Assembly (NCBI GenBank): GCA_019449595.1
Contig: JAGRPL010000014.1
Coordinates: forward strand, 246,043 to 310,042
Reading direction: 5' to 3'
From: Rhodoferax sp.
GTDB taxonomy: Bacteria; Pseudomonadota; Gammaproteobacteria; Burkholderiales; Burkholderiaceae_C
DNA length: 64,000 bases
Of the stretch, positions 10,064 through 18,364 are shown piece by piece. Below the pieces are notes generated by a model. The model saw only the letters and a program-made list of their open reading frames with translations, was not told the origin of the DNA and searched no databases. The position numbers were made by a program, and so were the translations under genes. Each line of letters opens with the position of its first letter. Positions within the stretch are counted from its first letter, which is position 1.

Positions 10064-11266
10064 ATGGAAGCACTCAAACAGGGCGCAGATGCCTTGTTCA
10101 TTCTTCTTGGCGGCATCATGGTGCTGGCCATGCATGCCGGTTTTGCATTTTTGGAACTGGGGACCGTACGGCGCAAGAACCAGGTCAACGCCCTGGTGAA
10201 GATCCTGGTGGATTTCTCCGTCTCCACCGTGGTGTATTTCGCCGTCGGCTACGGCGTGGCATATGGAACCCACTTTTTCGTGGGCGCCGAGGTTCTGGCA
10301 GCGAAAAATGGCTACGAGTTGGTCAAGTTCTTCTTCCTGCTCACCTTTGCAGCCGCCATTCCCGCCATCATTTCCGGCGGAATTGCCGAACGGGCCCGTT
10401 TTTGGCCCCAACTGATGGCTACTGCCGTCATCGTCGGCTTTGTGTACCCCTTTTATGAAGGCATTGTCTGGAACCAGCATTTTGGCGTGCAGGCCTGGAT
10501 CAAGGCACTGACGGGCGAGGAGTTTCACGACTTTGCCGGCAGCGTGGTGGTGCACGCCGTGGGCGGCTGGATCGCCCTGCCGGCCGTCATCCTGCTCGGT
10601 GCGCGCAGCAACCGCTACCGCAAAGACGGCGCCATCTCCGCGCATCCACCGTCAAGCATCCCGTTTCTGGCGCTAGGTGCATGGATCCTGACGGTTGGCT
10701 GGTTCGGCTTCAACGTCATGAGCGCGCAGACCCTGGACAAGATCTCGGGCCTGGTGGCCGTGAACTCGCTGATGGCCATGGTGGGCGGCACGCTGGCGGC
10801 GCTGGTGGCGGGCAAGAACGACCCCGGCTTTGTGCACAACGGCCCGCTGGCCGGGCTGGTGGCCGTATGCGCCGGCTCCGACCTGATGCACCCGCTGGGT
10901 GCCCTGGTGGTGGGCGCGGCCGCCGGCAGCATTTTTGTGGTGATGTTCACGCTGACGCAGAACAAGTGGAAGATCGACGACGTGCTGGGCGTGTGGCCCC
11001 TGCACGGTCTGTGCGGCACCCTGGGCGGTGTGGCCGCCGGCATTTTCGGTAGCAAGGCGCTGGGCGGCTTGGGCGGTGTGTCATTTGGCGCCCAGCTCAT
11101 CGGCACCGGCATGGGCGTGGCCTGGGCGGCCCTGGGGGGATTCGTGGTGTACGGGACGCTCAAACGCCTCACCGGCCTGCGCCTGAGCCAGGAAGAGGAA
11201 TACGACGGCGCGGACCTGTCCATCCACAAGATCAGTGCCTCGCCGGAGCGCGAAGCCAACTGGTAA
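10064..11266 (+). CDS. amt: Ammonium transporter
   Basis: 'LVLAMHAGFAFLELGTVRRKNQVNALVKIL', 'FAGSVVVHAVGGW' and 'DDVLGVWPLHGLCG' are Amt/MEP family hallmarks. Confidence 0.92.
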   Translation: MEALKQGADALFILLGGIMVLAMHAGFAFLELGTVRRKNQVNALVKILVDFSVSTVVYFAVGYGVAYGTHFFVGAEVLAAKNGYELVKFFFLLTFAAAIPAIISGGIAERARFWPQLMATAVIVGFVYPFYEGIVWNQHFGVQAWIKALTGEEFHDFAGSVVVHAVGGWIALPAVILLGARSNRYRKDGAISAHPPSSIPFLALGAWILTVGWFGFNVMSAQTLDKISGLVAVNSLMAMVGGTLAALVAGKNDPGFVHNGPLAGLVAVCAGSDLMHPLGALVVGAAAGSIFVVMFTLTQNKWKIDDVLGVWPLHGLCGTLGGVAAGIFGSKALGGLGGVSFGAQLIGTGMGVAWAALGGFVVYGTLKRLTGLRLSQEEEYDGADLSIHKISASPEREANW

Positions 11267-11337
11267 GACGATGATGGCAAACAATAAAGTCTGTCGGACC
11301 AGAATTAAGTCCGCCGGACTATTCGAAGGAAGTTAGG

Positions 11338-11580
11338 TCATTGGAAGCCGCCGTATCCGCTGCAATGATCGACTTCCAGAAATTGTCGCGATCCGCGAGT
11401 GTTTTTTTCTGAAAGTGCAAAAGCATTTGCTGCGTCGAAGTAACGATGGTCGTGATCCCGAAACGCCTTGTCCACTTCGTCGAAATATGGGCGGTTGAAA
11501 TCTATCACCTCCCCTGCGGCCGTGAAGTGATTGTCTGACCAACCGGGGCCGCTCCAGTATCCGTAGTATCTAAATGCCAT
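11338..11580 (-). CDS. 80-aa hypothetical protein with a phospholipase-A2-like motif pair
   Basis: Low-GC ORF with a strong SD (GAGGAG 8 nt upstream), 2 nt after the stop of the upstream lipoprotein gene. It carries 'WSGPG' (YxGxG-like) and 'DKAFRDHDHRY' (D-x5-HD-xx-Y). Confidence 0.6.
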   Translation of the reverse strand: MAFRYYGYWSGPGWSDNHFTAAGEVIDFNRPYFDEVDKAFRDHDHRYFDAANAFALSEKNTRGSRQFLEVDHCSGYGGFQ

Positions 11581-11582
11581 GA

Positions 11583-12554
11583 CTATTTCTCCTCAAAGTT
11601 AAAGTGTTGAACCGAGATTGCTTCGCATTGATTCGACCTGAACTGCATGACTACGACATGGCGTGGATTGCCATAGGCCGATGCAAGTGACATGACCGAA
11701 GCCTTTCCGTCAGGAGTGATTGATACATCGTCGCTAATACCTGCAACGCCTCTTACCTGACAACGCTCGGAACCAAGCATTACCTCCACGTCGTAAATGA
11801 ACGGCTCCCCTTTTCTGAGATTAGTGATGTACTGACGCAAACAGCGATCTGCACGCCGATCGCAAATGACGTTGAACGTATTTTTTTCAAACGTTTCCGC
11901 AGGAATGTCTGGCGCCTTCCCCCCCGGAAAAGCGAATTGATGCAATTTGGGATGGGCTTCGTCATTAATTCCAATTTGGTCTTCCATCCAGAAGAATCCA
12001 CTTCCAACGATATTCGGCGCGGCATATGGCATTGACTCCGGTCCGACCTTTTGAATCTGCTTTTCCGGTCCCACAACAATCCAATAAACACCAGTAGAAA
12101 AGGTTTCTTGCTGGTGTGAATCTCCCGTTCGCACAAGCACCTGTCCGGGTGACACCTCTACTGGAAACGCTAGTTCGTAGGCTTCGTAGATTCGCTGCGG
12201 GGCCTTGTCCGGCTGATCAAGATCCAGCTTGCTCAAGTAGGTAAACTTGGGCGGCGTTGGTCGGCGATGGGTCAGTAGCAGTTCATGACCTTGCAAGCCA
12301 AAGCGAATGGATTGAGTTAACGGCGGAGCTTGCAGCGTGTGCCAACTATTGGCGGTGCCGAGATTCCGCACCCGCAGTTGCTGCTTATCAGTACCTGCAT
12401 GCAATAGCGTTGCTACTATTTGGCCGTCAGCGCTAATTGTGGTGTGCAAGACGGGTATTTCTTGTTTCCCACAGGCGCTCAACGTTCCCATCAAGGCAAG
12501 CAGCAGTGAGCCAAGCCAAATAGGGAGATGCCCCAATCTAAGTTTCTTATCCAT
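11583..12554 (-). CDS. Hypothetical lipoprotein (possible PD40/beta-propeller-like repeats)
   Basis: The signal peptide has the lipobox 'LSAC'. The gene is low in GC and has the SD 'GAAGGAAG'. It contains 'SADGQIVA' and 'TPDGKASV' repeats. No family could be assigned by eye. Confidence 0.7.
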   Translation of the reverse strand: MDKKLRLGHLPIWLGSLLLALMGTLSACGKQEIPVLHTTISADGQIVATLLHAGTDKQQLRVRNLGTANSWHTLQAPPLTQSIRFGLQGHELLLTHRRPTPPKFTYLSKLDLDQPDKAPQRIYEAYELAFPVEVSPGQVLVRTGDSHQQETFSTGVYWIVVGPEKQIQKVGPESMPYAAPNIVGSGFFWMEDQIGINDEAHPKLHQFAFPGGKAPDIPAETFEKNTFNVICDRRADRCLRQYITNLRKGEPFIYDVEVMLGSERCQVRGVAGISDDVSITPDGKASVMSLASAYGNPRHVVVMQFRSNQCEAISVQHFNFEEK

Positions 12555-12590
12555 TTACTTCCTTCTTCATGGCTATTACTTTCGCCTTAG

Positions 12591-12740
12591 TTATCGTTCC
12601 CTCAAACTTTCACTCCCCGCCCGCTGCACCGGACTGAGCAGAAATTCAATAATCTGTCTCTTTCCCGTCTTGATCTCCGCCGTCACATTCATCCCCGGAC
12701 TCAAAGGCAGGTGCGACAGACCCAATTGTTCACGATCAAC
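12591..12740 (-). pseudogene. 3' remnant of an HlyD-family type I secretion membrane-fusion protein gene
   Basis: The translation '...LPLSPGMNVTAEIKTGKRQIIEFLLSPVQRAGSESLRER*' matches the canonical HlyD C-terminus (E. coli HlyD ends ...ISYLLSPLEESVTESLRER). Only about the last 45-50 codons are present, and upstream the frame runs into unrelated high-GC DNA. Confidence 0.7.
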
Positions 12741-12819
12741 GAGGCCGGCCGATGGGGCGCGCGAAAGAGGGACAATATGCCCCCTTTCCGAGCTAACCGA
12801 ATCAGAATCGCGCCCCGTT

Positions 12820-14643
12820 ATGGACTCTTTACCGCTTTCCCCTCTGCCACAGACCCTGGACCAGGTTCGCACACTGGCAGAACTCTTTGCCTGGCGCGTG
12901 GCACAAACGCCCCAGGCCGCCGCCTACCTGCAATACGACGGGACCACCCGCCAGTGGCGCCCCCTCTCCTGGCAAGCCACCGGCGAGCGGGTGGCCCGCT
13001 ATGCCGCAGCGCTGGCCCGGCTGGCACTGCCGGGCGGCGCCCGCATCGCGACCCTGCTGCCCAACGGGCTGGACGCCGTCTGCATCGACCAGGCTGCGCT
13101 TGCCCTGGCCTGTGTCCCGGTTCCGCTGCACGCGCTGGACAACCCGGCCAGCATCGCCTACATCCTGGCAGACAGCGATGCGTCGGTACTGCTGGTGGAG
13201 TCCGGTGCGCAGTGGCAGGCCATTGCCACCACCGGCGTGGCGCTGCCTGCCCTGCGCCAGGTCATCGTTGTCGAGCCCCCACCCCCCGGCGATCCCCTGG
13301 TGGTGTCCCTTGGCGACTGGCTGGCCCAGGCGGCTGTCTCTGCGGACCAACCGGCCCGGCATGCACCCGAACCCGGCGATCTGGCCACCCTGGTGTACAC
13401 CTCCGGCACCACGGGCAAGCCCAAGGGTGTGATGCTCACGCACGACAACGTCCTGGAGAACGTCAAGGCCACGCTGCAGCGCGTGGTTCCCTCGCCGGAC
13501 GACGTATTCCTTTCGTTCCTGCCGCTTTCCCACACGTTTGAGCGCACCGCCGGCTACTACCTGCCCATTGCCGCAGGCTGCTGCGTGGCCCATGCACGGT
13601 CGGTAGCCCTGCTGTCCGAAGACATGAAGACGGTGCGGCCCACCATCCTGATCTCGGTGCCCCGCATCTATGAGCGGGTGTACACCATAGTCAAGGGCAC
13701 ACTGGCCGGATCGGCGCTGAAGTCGCGCCTGTTCCAGTGGGCGCAGACGGTGGGGTGGCGGCGCTTTTGCCGCACGCAACACCTGTCACTGCCGGACCGC
13801 ACGCCCGCAGCGCTGGACGCGCTGGCATGGCCCATGCTGGACAAGCTGGTGGCCCAGCCGCTGCTGGCACAGTTCGGCGGTCGTCTGCGCGTGGCGGTGA
13901 GCGGCGGGGCGGCTCTGTCGCAACCCATTGCGCACTGTTTTCTCGGACTGGGCCTGCCCATCCTGCAGGGCTATGGCATGACGGAGACGTCCCCCGTGGT
14001 GGCGGCCAACGGACTGGACGACAACGACCCGGCCACCATTGGGCGGCCATTGCCCGGAGTGGAGGTACGCATCGGAGAAAACCAGGAACTGCAAGTGCGC
14101 AGCCGCAGCGTGATGCGCGGCTACTGGAAACGCGAGGCCGACACGGCAGCAGCCTTCGTCGACGGCTGGCTGCATACCGGAGACCAGGCCGCCCTGGAGA
14201 ACGGGCGCATCCGCATCCTGGGCCGCCTGAAAGAGATCATTGTGACGTCCACCGGCGAAAAAATCGCGCCGGCCGACCTGGAGCTCGCCATCACCAGCGA
14301 CCCGTTGTTTGAGCAGGCCTACACCTTCGGAGACAACCGGCCTTTCATCGGCTGCATTGTGGTGCTGAGCCGCTCCGGCTGGGCGCGTCTGGCCTCCAGC
14401 CTGAACCTGGACGCGGATGCCGCAGACAGCCTGCTGGCCCCCAGCGCACGCGAGGCGGTTCTGGAGCGCATCCGCGCCCTCACCGACGCGTTTCCCTACT
14501 ATGCCCAGCCCCGCGCGGTCGCCCTGACGCTGGAGCCATGGACGAGCGAAAACTCGCTGATGACCCCGACGCTCAAGCTCAAACGCAAGAACCTGGCGGC
14601 CCGTTTTGCGGCCGAAGTCGAGCACCTGTACCGCCGCAAATAG
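12820..14643 (+). CDS. Long-chain acyl-CoA synthetase (AMP-forming)
   Basis: 'LATLVYTSGTTGKPKGVMLTHDN', 'QGYGMTETSP' and 'GWLHTGDQAALENGRIRILGRLKEIIVTSTGEKIAP' are present. The start is at ATG 12820; the upstream part of the 768-aa ORF is antisense to the islet. Confidence 0.9.
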   Translation: MDSLPLSPLPQTLDQVRTLAELFAWRVAQTPQAAAYLQYDGTTRQWRPLSWQATGERVARYAAALARLALPGGARIATLLPNGLDAVCIDQAALALACVPVPLHALDNPASIAYILADSDASVLLVESGAQWQAIATTGVALPALRQVIVVEPPPPGDPLVVSLGDWLAQAAVSADQPARHAPEPGDLATLVYTSGTTGKPKGVMLTHDNVLENVKATLQRVVPSPDDVFLSFLPLSHTFERTAGYYLPIAAGCCVAHARSVALLSEDMKTVRPTILISVPRIYERVYTIVKGTLAGSALKSRLFQWAQTVGWRRFCRTQHLSLPDRTPAALDALAWPMLDKLVAQPLLAQFGGRLRVAVSGGAALSQPIAHCFLGLGLPILQGYGMTETSPVVAANGLDDNDPATIGRPLPGVEVRIGENQELQVRSRSVMRGYWKREADTAAAFVDGWLHTGDQAALENGRIRILGRLKEIIVTSTGEKIAPADLELAITSDPLFEQAYTFGDNRPFIGCIVVLSRSGWARLASSLNLDADAADSLLAPSAREAVLERIRALTDAFPYYAQPRAVALTLEPWTSENSLMTPTLKLKRKNLAARFAAEVEHLYRRK

Positions 14644-14858
14644 GGGTTTCAACCACAAATTGGGGGGTAAAACAGGTCCCTCCAACAAAAATTAGGCAAC
14701 TTTTTCAAAAGGCCCCATAATGTCCCGGTATTGCTGGAAAACCGGCAGTACGAGTTTGCGGTGATTTACCAGTTTCGCGTCTGCTTTAAGTCTTCATTGG
14801 TTTGTTGATTGCGGTTTTGGACACCATCGCGTTTTGAGTTATTTTGAGGAGTCCTTAC

Positions 14859-15263
14859 ATGGGCAACAAACTTTACGTGGGCAACCTGCCCTATTCTTTC
14901 CGTGACGAAGACCTGCAGCAAGCGTTTTCCGCACACGGCACCGTTACCAGCGCCAAGGTCATGATGGAACGTGACACCGGCCGCTCCAAGGGCTTCGGCT
15001 TTGTGGAAATGGGCAGCGATGCTGAAGCTCAAGCAGCGATCAACGGCATGAATGGCCAGCAGTTCGGCGGCCGCGGTTTGGTTGTGAACGAAGCACGCCC
15101 CATGGAAGCACGTCCCCCCCGCACTGGCGGCGGCGGCTTCGGCGGTGGCCGTAGCGGCGGCGGCGGTTACGGCGGTGGCGCTGGCGGCGGCGGCTACGGT
15201 GGTGGCGCTGGCGGCGGCCGTAGCGGCGGCGGCGGTTACGGCGGTGGCCGTAGCAGCTACTAA
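14859..15263 (+). CDS. RRM-type RNA-binding protein with a glycine-rich tail
   Basis: RNP motifs 'KLYVGNL' and 'KGFGFVEM' followed by GGYGGG repeats. The SD 'GAGGA' lies upstream of ATG 14859. Confidence 0.9.
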   Translation: MGNKLYVGNLPYSFRDEDLQQAFSAHGTVTSAKVMMERDTGRSKGFGFVEMGSDAEAQAAINGMNGQQFGGRGLVVNEARPMEARPPRTGGGGFGGGRSGGGGYGGGAGGGGYGGGAGGGRSGGGGYGGGRSSY

Positions 15264-15291
15264 GCACAGAACGGGTTCATCAACCCATTCC

Positions 15292-15318
15292 AAAAAAGGG
15301 CCGTCAGGCCCTTTTTTG
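15292..15318. terminator. Bidirectional intrinsic terminator
   Basis: 'aaaaaagggcc-gtca-ggccctttttt' lies between the convergent rbp and SDR genes. Confidence 0.85.
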
Positions 15319-15362
15319 TTGCCCGCAACGGGCTCAGAAAGCCGGCGGGCCATGCTCAGCGG

Positions 15363-16142
15363 TTATCCGCCTTCACCACTGCGGTGCTTGCGTGGCCTTC
15401 CGGCAAAAACTCGGTCAAACAGCCCATTGGGCAACAGGCGCAGCACTTTGCCCACCCACCCCATCTGCCATGGAATCACACGGTAACTGGCACCGCCTTC
15501 GATGGCTGCGAACGCCCGGTCGGCAAAATCCTCAGCCGTCATCAGGAACGGCATGGTGTACCGGTTCTTTTGCGTCAACGGGGTATCGATATACCCCGGA
15601 CAAATGGTGACGACCTGGACACCACTGGAGCGCAGTTCTCCCCGCAAACTCTCGCAGTAGCTGATGACGGCCGCCTTGCTGGCGCAGTAGGCGCCGTGCC
15701 CCGGCAGTCCACGGATTCCCGCCACGCTGCCGATTCCGACCAGTGCGCCCGCCCCCCGCTGCACCATGGGTTCGATGAATGCGTGAAATGTCGCGGCCAT
15801 GCCAATGTTGTTGGTGGCAAATGTGCGGGCCATCACCTCCAGGTCGCTTCGCTCGGCCGTATCCACGCCGATGCTGATGCCGGCATTGGCAACCACCACG
15901 TCCGGCACACCCTGGCGCTGCAGGCACTGCTGTGCCGCGGCCACAATGCTGTCCGTCTGCGCCACATCCGCGCCATAGATCTGGTAACGCTCCGCGGCCA
16001 GTCCGCGCTGGACCGCCCAGGCCTGGATCTCCGGCGCGCGCCGGGCGACCAGTGCCAGGGAATATCCCGCCTGGTAGAAGCGCCACGCCATTGCCTGGCC
16101 GATACCGCTGGAGGCACCGGTGATGAAGACCAACTTGGCCAT
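15363..16142 (-). CDS. Short-chain dehydrogenase/reductase (SDR) family oxidoreductase
   Basis: 'ITGASSGIGQA' (TGxxxGxG) and the catalytic 'YCASKAA'. Confidence 0.85.
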   Translation of the reverse strand: MAKLVFITGASSGIGQAMAWRFYQAGYSLALVARRAPEIQAWAVQRGLAAERYQIYGADVAQTDSIVAAAQQCLQRQGVPDVVVANAGISIGVDTAERSDLEVMARTFATNNIGMAATFHAFIEPMVQRGAGALVGIGSVAGIRGLPGHGAYCASKAAVISYCESLRGELRSSGVQVVTICPGYIDTPLTQKNRYTMPFLMTAEDFADRAFAAIEGGASYRVIPWQMGWVGKVLRLLPNGLFDRVFAGRPRKHRSGEGG

Positions 16143-16162
16143 GGATCGTCTCCCCTGGAAGG

Positions 16163-16777
16163 TTATGGGTTGCCGGGTACCAGCGTACCCCGGACACGCC
16201 CGTGCAGCTGCAGCACCTGTTCCACGTTGTCGAAATCCAGACTGTTCGCCGTGAAGCGGTCGTTGCCGCGCAGAAGCTCGACCGGTTTATGCGACTTCAC
16301 CTGCTCCGTTTTCAGGAACGCGTGCAGGAACTCGCCGCGGTACTCCATGCGAGGGGCGGCGTTCGCCTTGGTAGCCGGTTCCGCCTCACGGACCACGACT
16401 GCGTTGCCCAGCAGCTGGACTTCCGAGCTGTCTTCGTTGGTCAACCCGCGCGCGGCGGTGGCGGTGGTCAGGCGGCCCTTTTCGTCGAAGGAGCGGATGC
16501 GGATGCGGTCGATCTCCAGCCACAGCGTATCGGGGTAGTGGCGCGCCTTCTCGCCCAGCACTTCGGTGCGAATGCGCCCCACCGAATCAAAGGTCCGGAC
16601 TGAAAAGTCCTGCATGAAATAGTCGGGGTCATGGCCGGCGGCCCGCTGCACCACGGGGCCGTCCACAGGGGGCGTGCTGCGGACCAGCCAATAGGTGCCC
16701 AAGGCCAGCAACGCCGTGAATGCCAGTGGCAAATACAGCAAAAACCGGTCCCAGACGTCTTTGAGTACAGCGATCAC
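16163..16777 (-). CDS. lptC: LPS export system protein LptC
   Basis: 204 aa with a single N-terminal TM segment. It lies immediately downstream of, and overlaps, kdsC, which is the canonical position. Confidence 0.7.
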   Translation of the reverse strand: MIAVLKDVWDRFLLYLPLAFTALLALGTYWLVRSTPPVDGPVVQRAAGHDPDYFMQDFSVRTFDSVGRIRTEVLGEKARHYPDTLWLEIDRIRIRSFDEKGRLTTATAARGLTNEDSSEVQLLGNAVVVREAEPATKANAAPRMEYRGEFLHAFLKTEQVKSHKPVELLRGNDRFTANSLDFDNVEQVLQLHGRVRGTLVPGNP

Positions 16778-17319
16778 CGTGTGTACTGTTCCAGCAAGTC
16801 CACATAACGGCCACTGGCCACCATGAGCAGGTCACAGAACTGCCGGGCGGCCCCGTCGCCGCCCCGCGCCTCGGTCACATAGTCCGCCAGGGCACGGGCC
16901 TCCATGTGTGCATTGGCCGGCGCGCACGAAAACCCGCTGCGTTGCATGACCGCCAGATCCGGCCAGTCATCGCCCATGGCGGCCGCCTGGCTCCAGTCCA
17001 GTCCCAGGGCCGCCAGCGTCTGCTCTGCCGCCGGGCGCTTGTCCTCCGTCCCGAAATGGGCGTGAACAACACCCAGGGCCTGCAACCGCAGCCGCAACGC
17101 CGGCGAGTCGCGCCCCGTTATGACCGCCGGCGTAATGCCGGCCTGCTGCAGCATCTTCAGGCCGTGACCGTCCAGCGTGTTGAACCGCTTGAGGGCCTCG
17201 CCCGCTTCGGAAAACAGCAGGCCGCCATCGGTCAGCACGCCGTCCACGTCGAAGAAAGCCACTTTCACGCCCTGCGCCCTGAGCAGCAACGCCGGATCGA
17301 AATGGATGGCGGGGCGCAT
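16774..17319 (-). CDS. kdsC: 3-deoxy-D-manno-octulosonate 8-phosphate phosphatase
   Basis: HAD motif 'FFDVDGVLTDGGL' and 'GDDWPDL'. The start at 17319 overlaps the kdsD stop (TGATG). Confidence 0.85.
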   Translation of the reverse strand: MRPAIHFDPALLLRAQGVKVAFFDVDGVLTDGGLLFSEAGEALKRFNTLDGHGLKMLQQAGITPAVITGRDSPALRLRLQALGVVHAHFGTEDKRPAAEQTLAALGLDWSQAAAMGDDWPDLAVMQRSGFSCAPANAHMEARALADYVTEARGGDGAARQFCDLLMVASGRYVDLLEQYTR

Positions 17320-18320
17320 CAGATGACCTTCGCCCGCATCAGGTCGTTGCTGTTGAGCGCGCCACACAGGCGCCCCTCTTGGTCCACCACCAGCACACTG
17401 GTGATGCGCTTGCGTTCCATGAGGTCGGCGGCATCCACGGCCAGGGCCTGTGCGTCCACCGTGCAGGGCGAGCGGTGCATCACATCCTGCGCCGTCTTGG
17501 CCCGCAGATCGACGCCCTGCTCGACCAGGCGACGCAGATCGCCGTCGGTGAAGATACCGGCCACGACGCCATCGCCGTCGACGATGGCGGTGGCCCCCAG
17601 CCCCTTGGCGCTCATCTCGCGCATCAGGTCGCTGAAGCTGGCTTGGGGCGCCACACGGGGAACCGCGTCACCCGAGCGCATGACATCGTTCACATGGGTG
17701 AGCAACTTGCGCCCCAGGGCACCGCCGGGGTGGGAGCGCGCGAAATCCTCGGCGCGAAACCCCCGTGCGTCAAGCAACGCCACCGCCAGCGCATCTCCCA
17801 GGGCCAATTGCGCCGTGGTGCTGGCCGTCGGGGCCAGATTCAGAGGACAGGCTTCCTTGTCAACCGCACTGTCGAGCCACAGATCGGCATGACGGGCCAT
17901 GGTGGACTGGGAATTCCCGGTCATGGCCACTACCGGCGCCCCCAGGCGCTTGAGGACCGGCAGGATGGCGGCCATTTCCTGGGACTCGCCGCTGTTGGAG
18001 ATGGCCAGGACCAGGTCCGAGGCCGTGATCATGCCCAGGTCGCCGTGGCTGGCTTCTGCCGGGTGCACAAACAGGGCAGGTGTTCCGGTAGAGGCCAGTG
18101 TGGCAGCGATCTTGCGTCCCACATGGCCGCTCTTGCCCATGCCCATGACCACGACCCGCCCCTGCACCGCAAGCACCATGGCGACGGCCTGTGCAAACGC
18201 CGCGCCCACCCGGCTCTTCAGGCCCAGGACGGCGGCGGCCTCGATATCGAGGGTTTCATGCGCCAGCGCAATGGCGCGCTGGGCCGGTGATGCAGGAGGC
18301 TGCGCTACGTGATCGGTCAT
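17319..18320 (-). CDS. kdsD: Arabinose-5-phosphate isomerase (KdsD/KpsF)
   Basis: SIS domain 'GRVVVMGMGKSGHVGRKIAATLASTGTPA' plus tandem CBS domains. Confidence 0.9.
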   Translation of the reverse strand: MTDHVAQPPASPAQRAIALAHETLDIEAAAVLGLKSRVGAAFAQAVAMVLAVQGRVVVMGMGKSGHVGRKIAATLASTGTPALFVHPAEASHGDLGMITASDLVLAISNSGESQEMAAILPVLKRLGAPVVAMTGNSQSTMARHADLWLDSAVDKEACPLNLAPTASTTAQLALGDALAVALLDARGFRAEDFARSHPGGALGRKLLTHVNDVMRSGDAVPRVAPQASFSDLMREMSAKGLGATAIVDGDGVVAGIFTDGDLRRLVEQGVDLRAKTAQDVMHRSPCTVDAQALAVDAADLMERKRITSVLVVDQEGRLCGALNSNDLMRAKVI

Positions 18321-18364
18321 CCGTGCATTTTATAGAGCCCGGCAAGTCTTGCTAGGATGGTGCC

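Noticed and set aside
12337-12819. A 161-codon N-terminal extension of the acyl-CoA ligase ORF
   Set aside because: The extension is antisense to the low-GC lipoprotein gene and the hlyD remnant. Ligase homology starts at 'MDSLPLSPLPQTLD' (ATG 12820).
15110-15255. Tandem GGC/GGT-rich repeats
   Set aside because: They encode the GGYGGG/RSGGGG glycine-rich tail of the RRM protein. They are neither a CRISPR array nor a non-coding VNTR.
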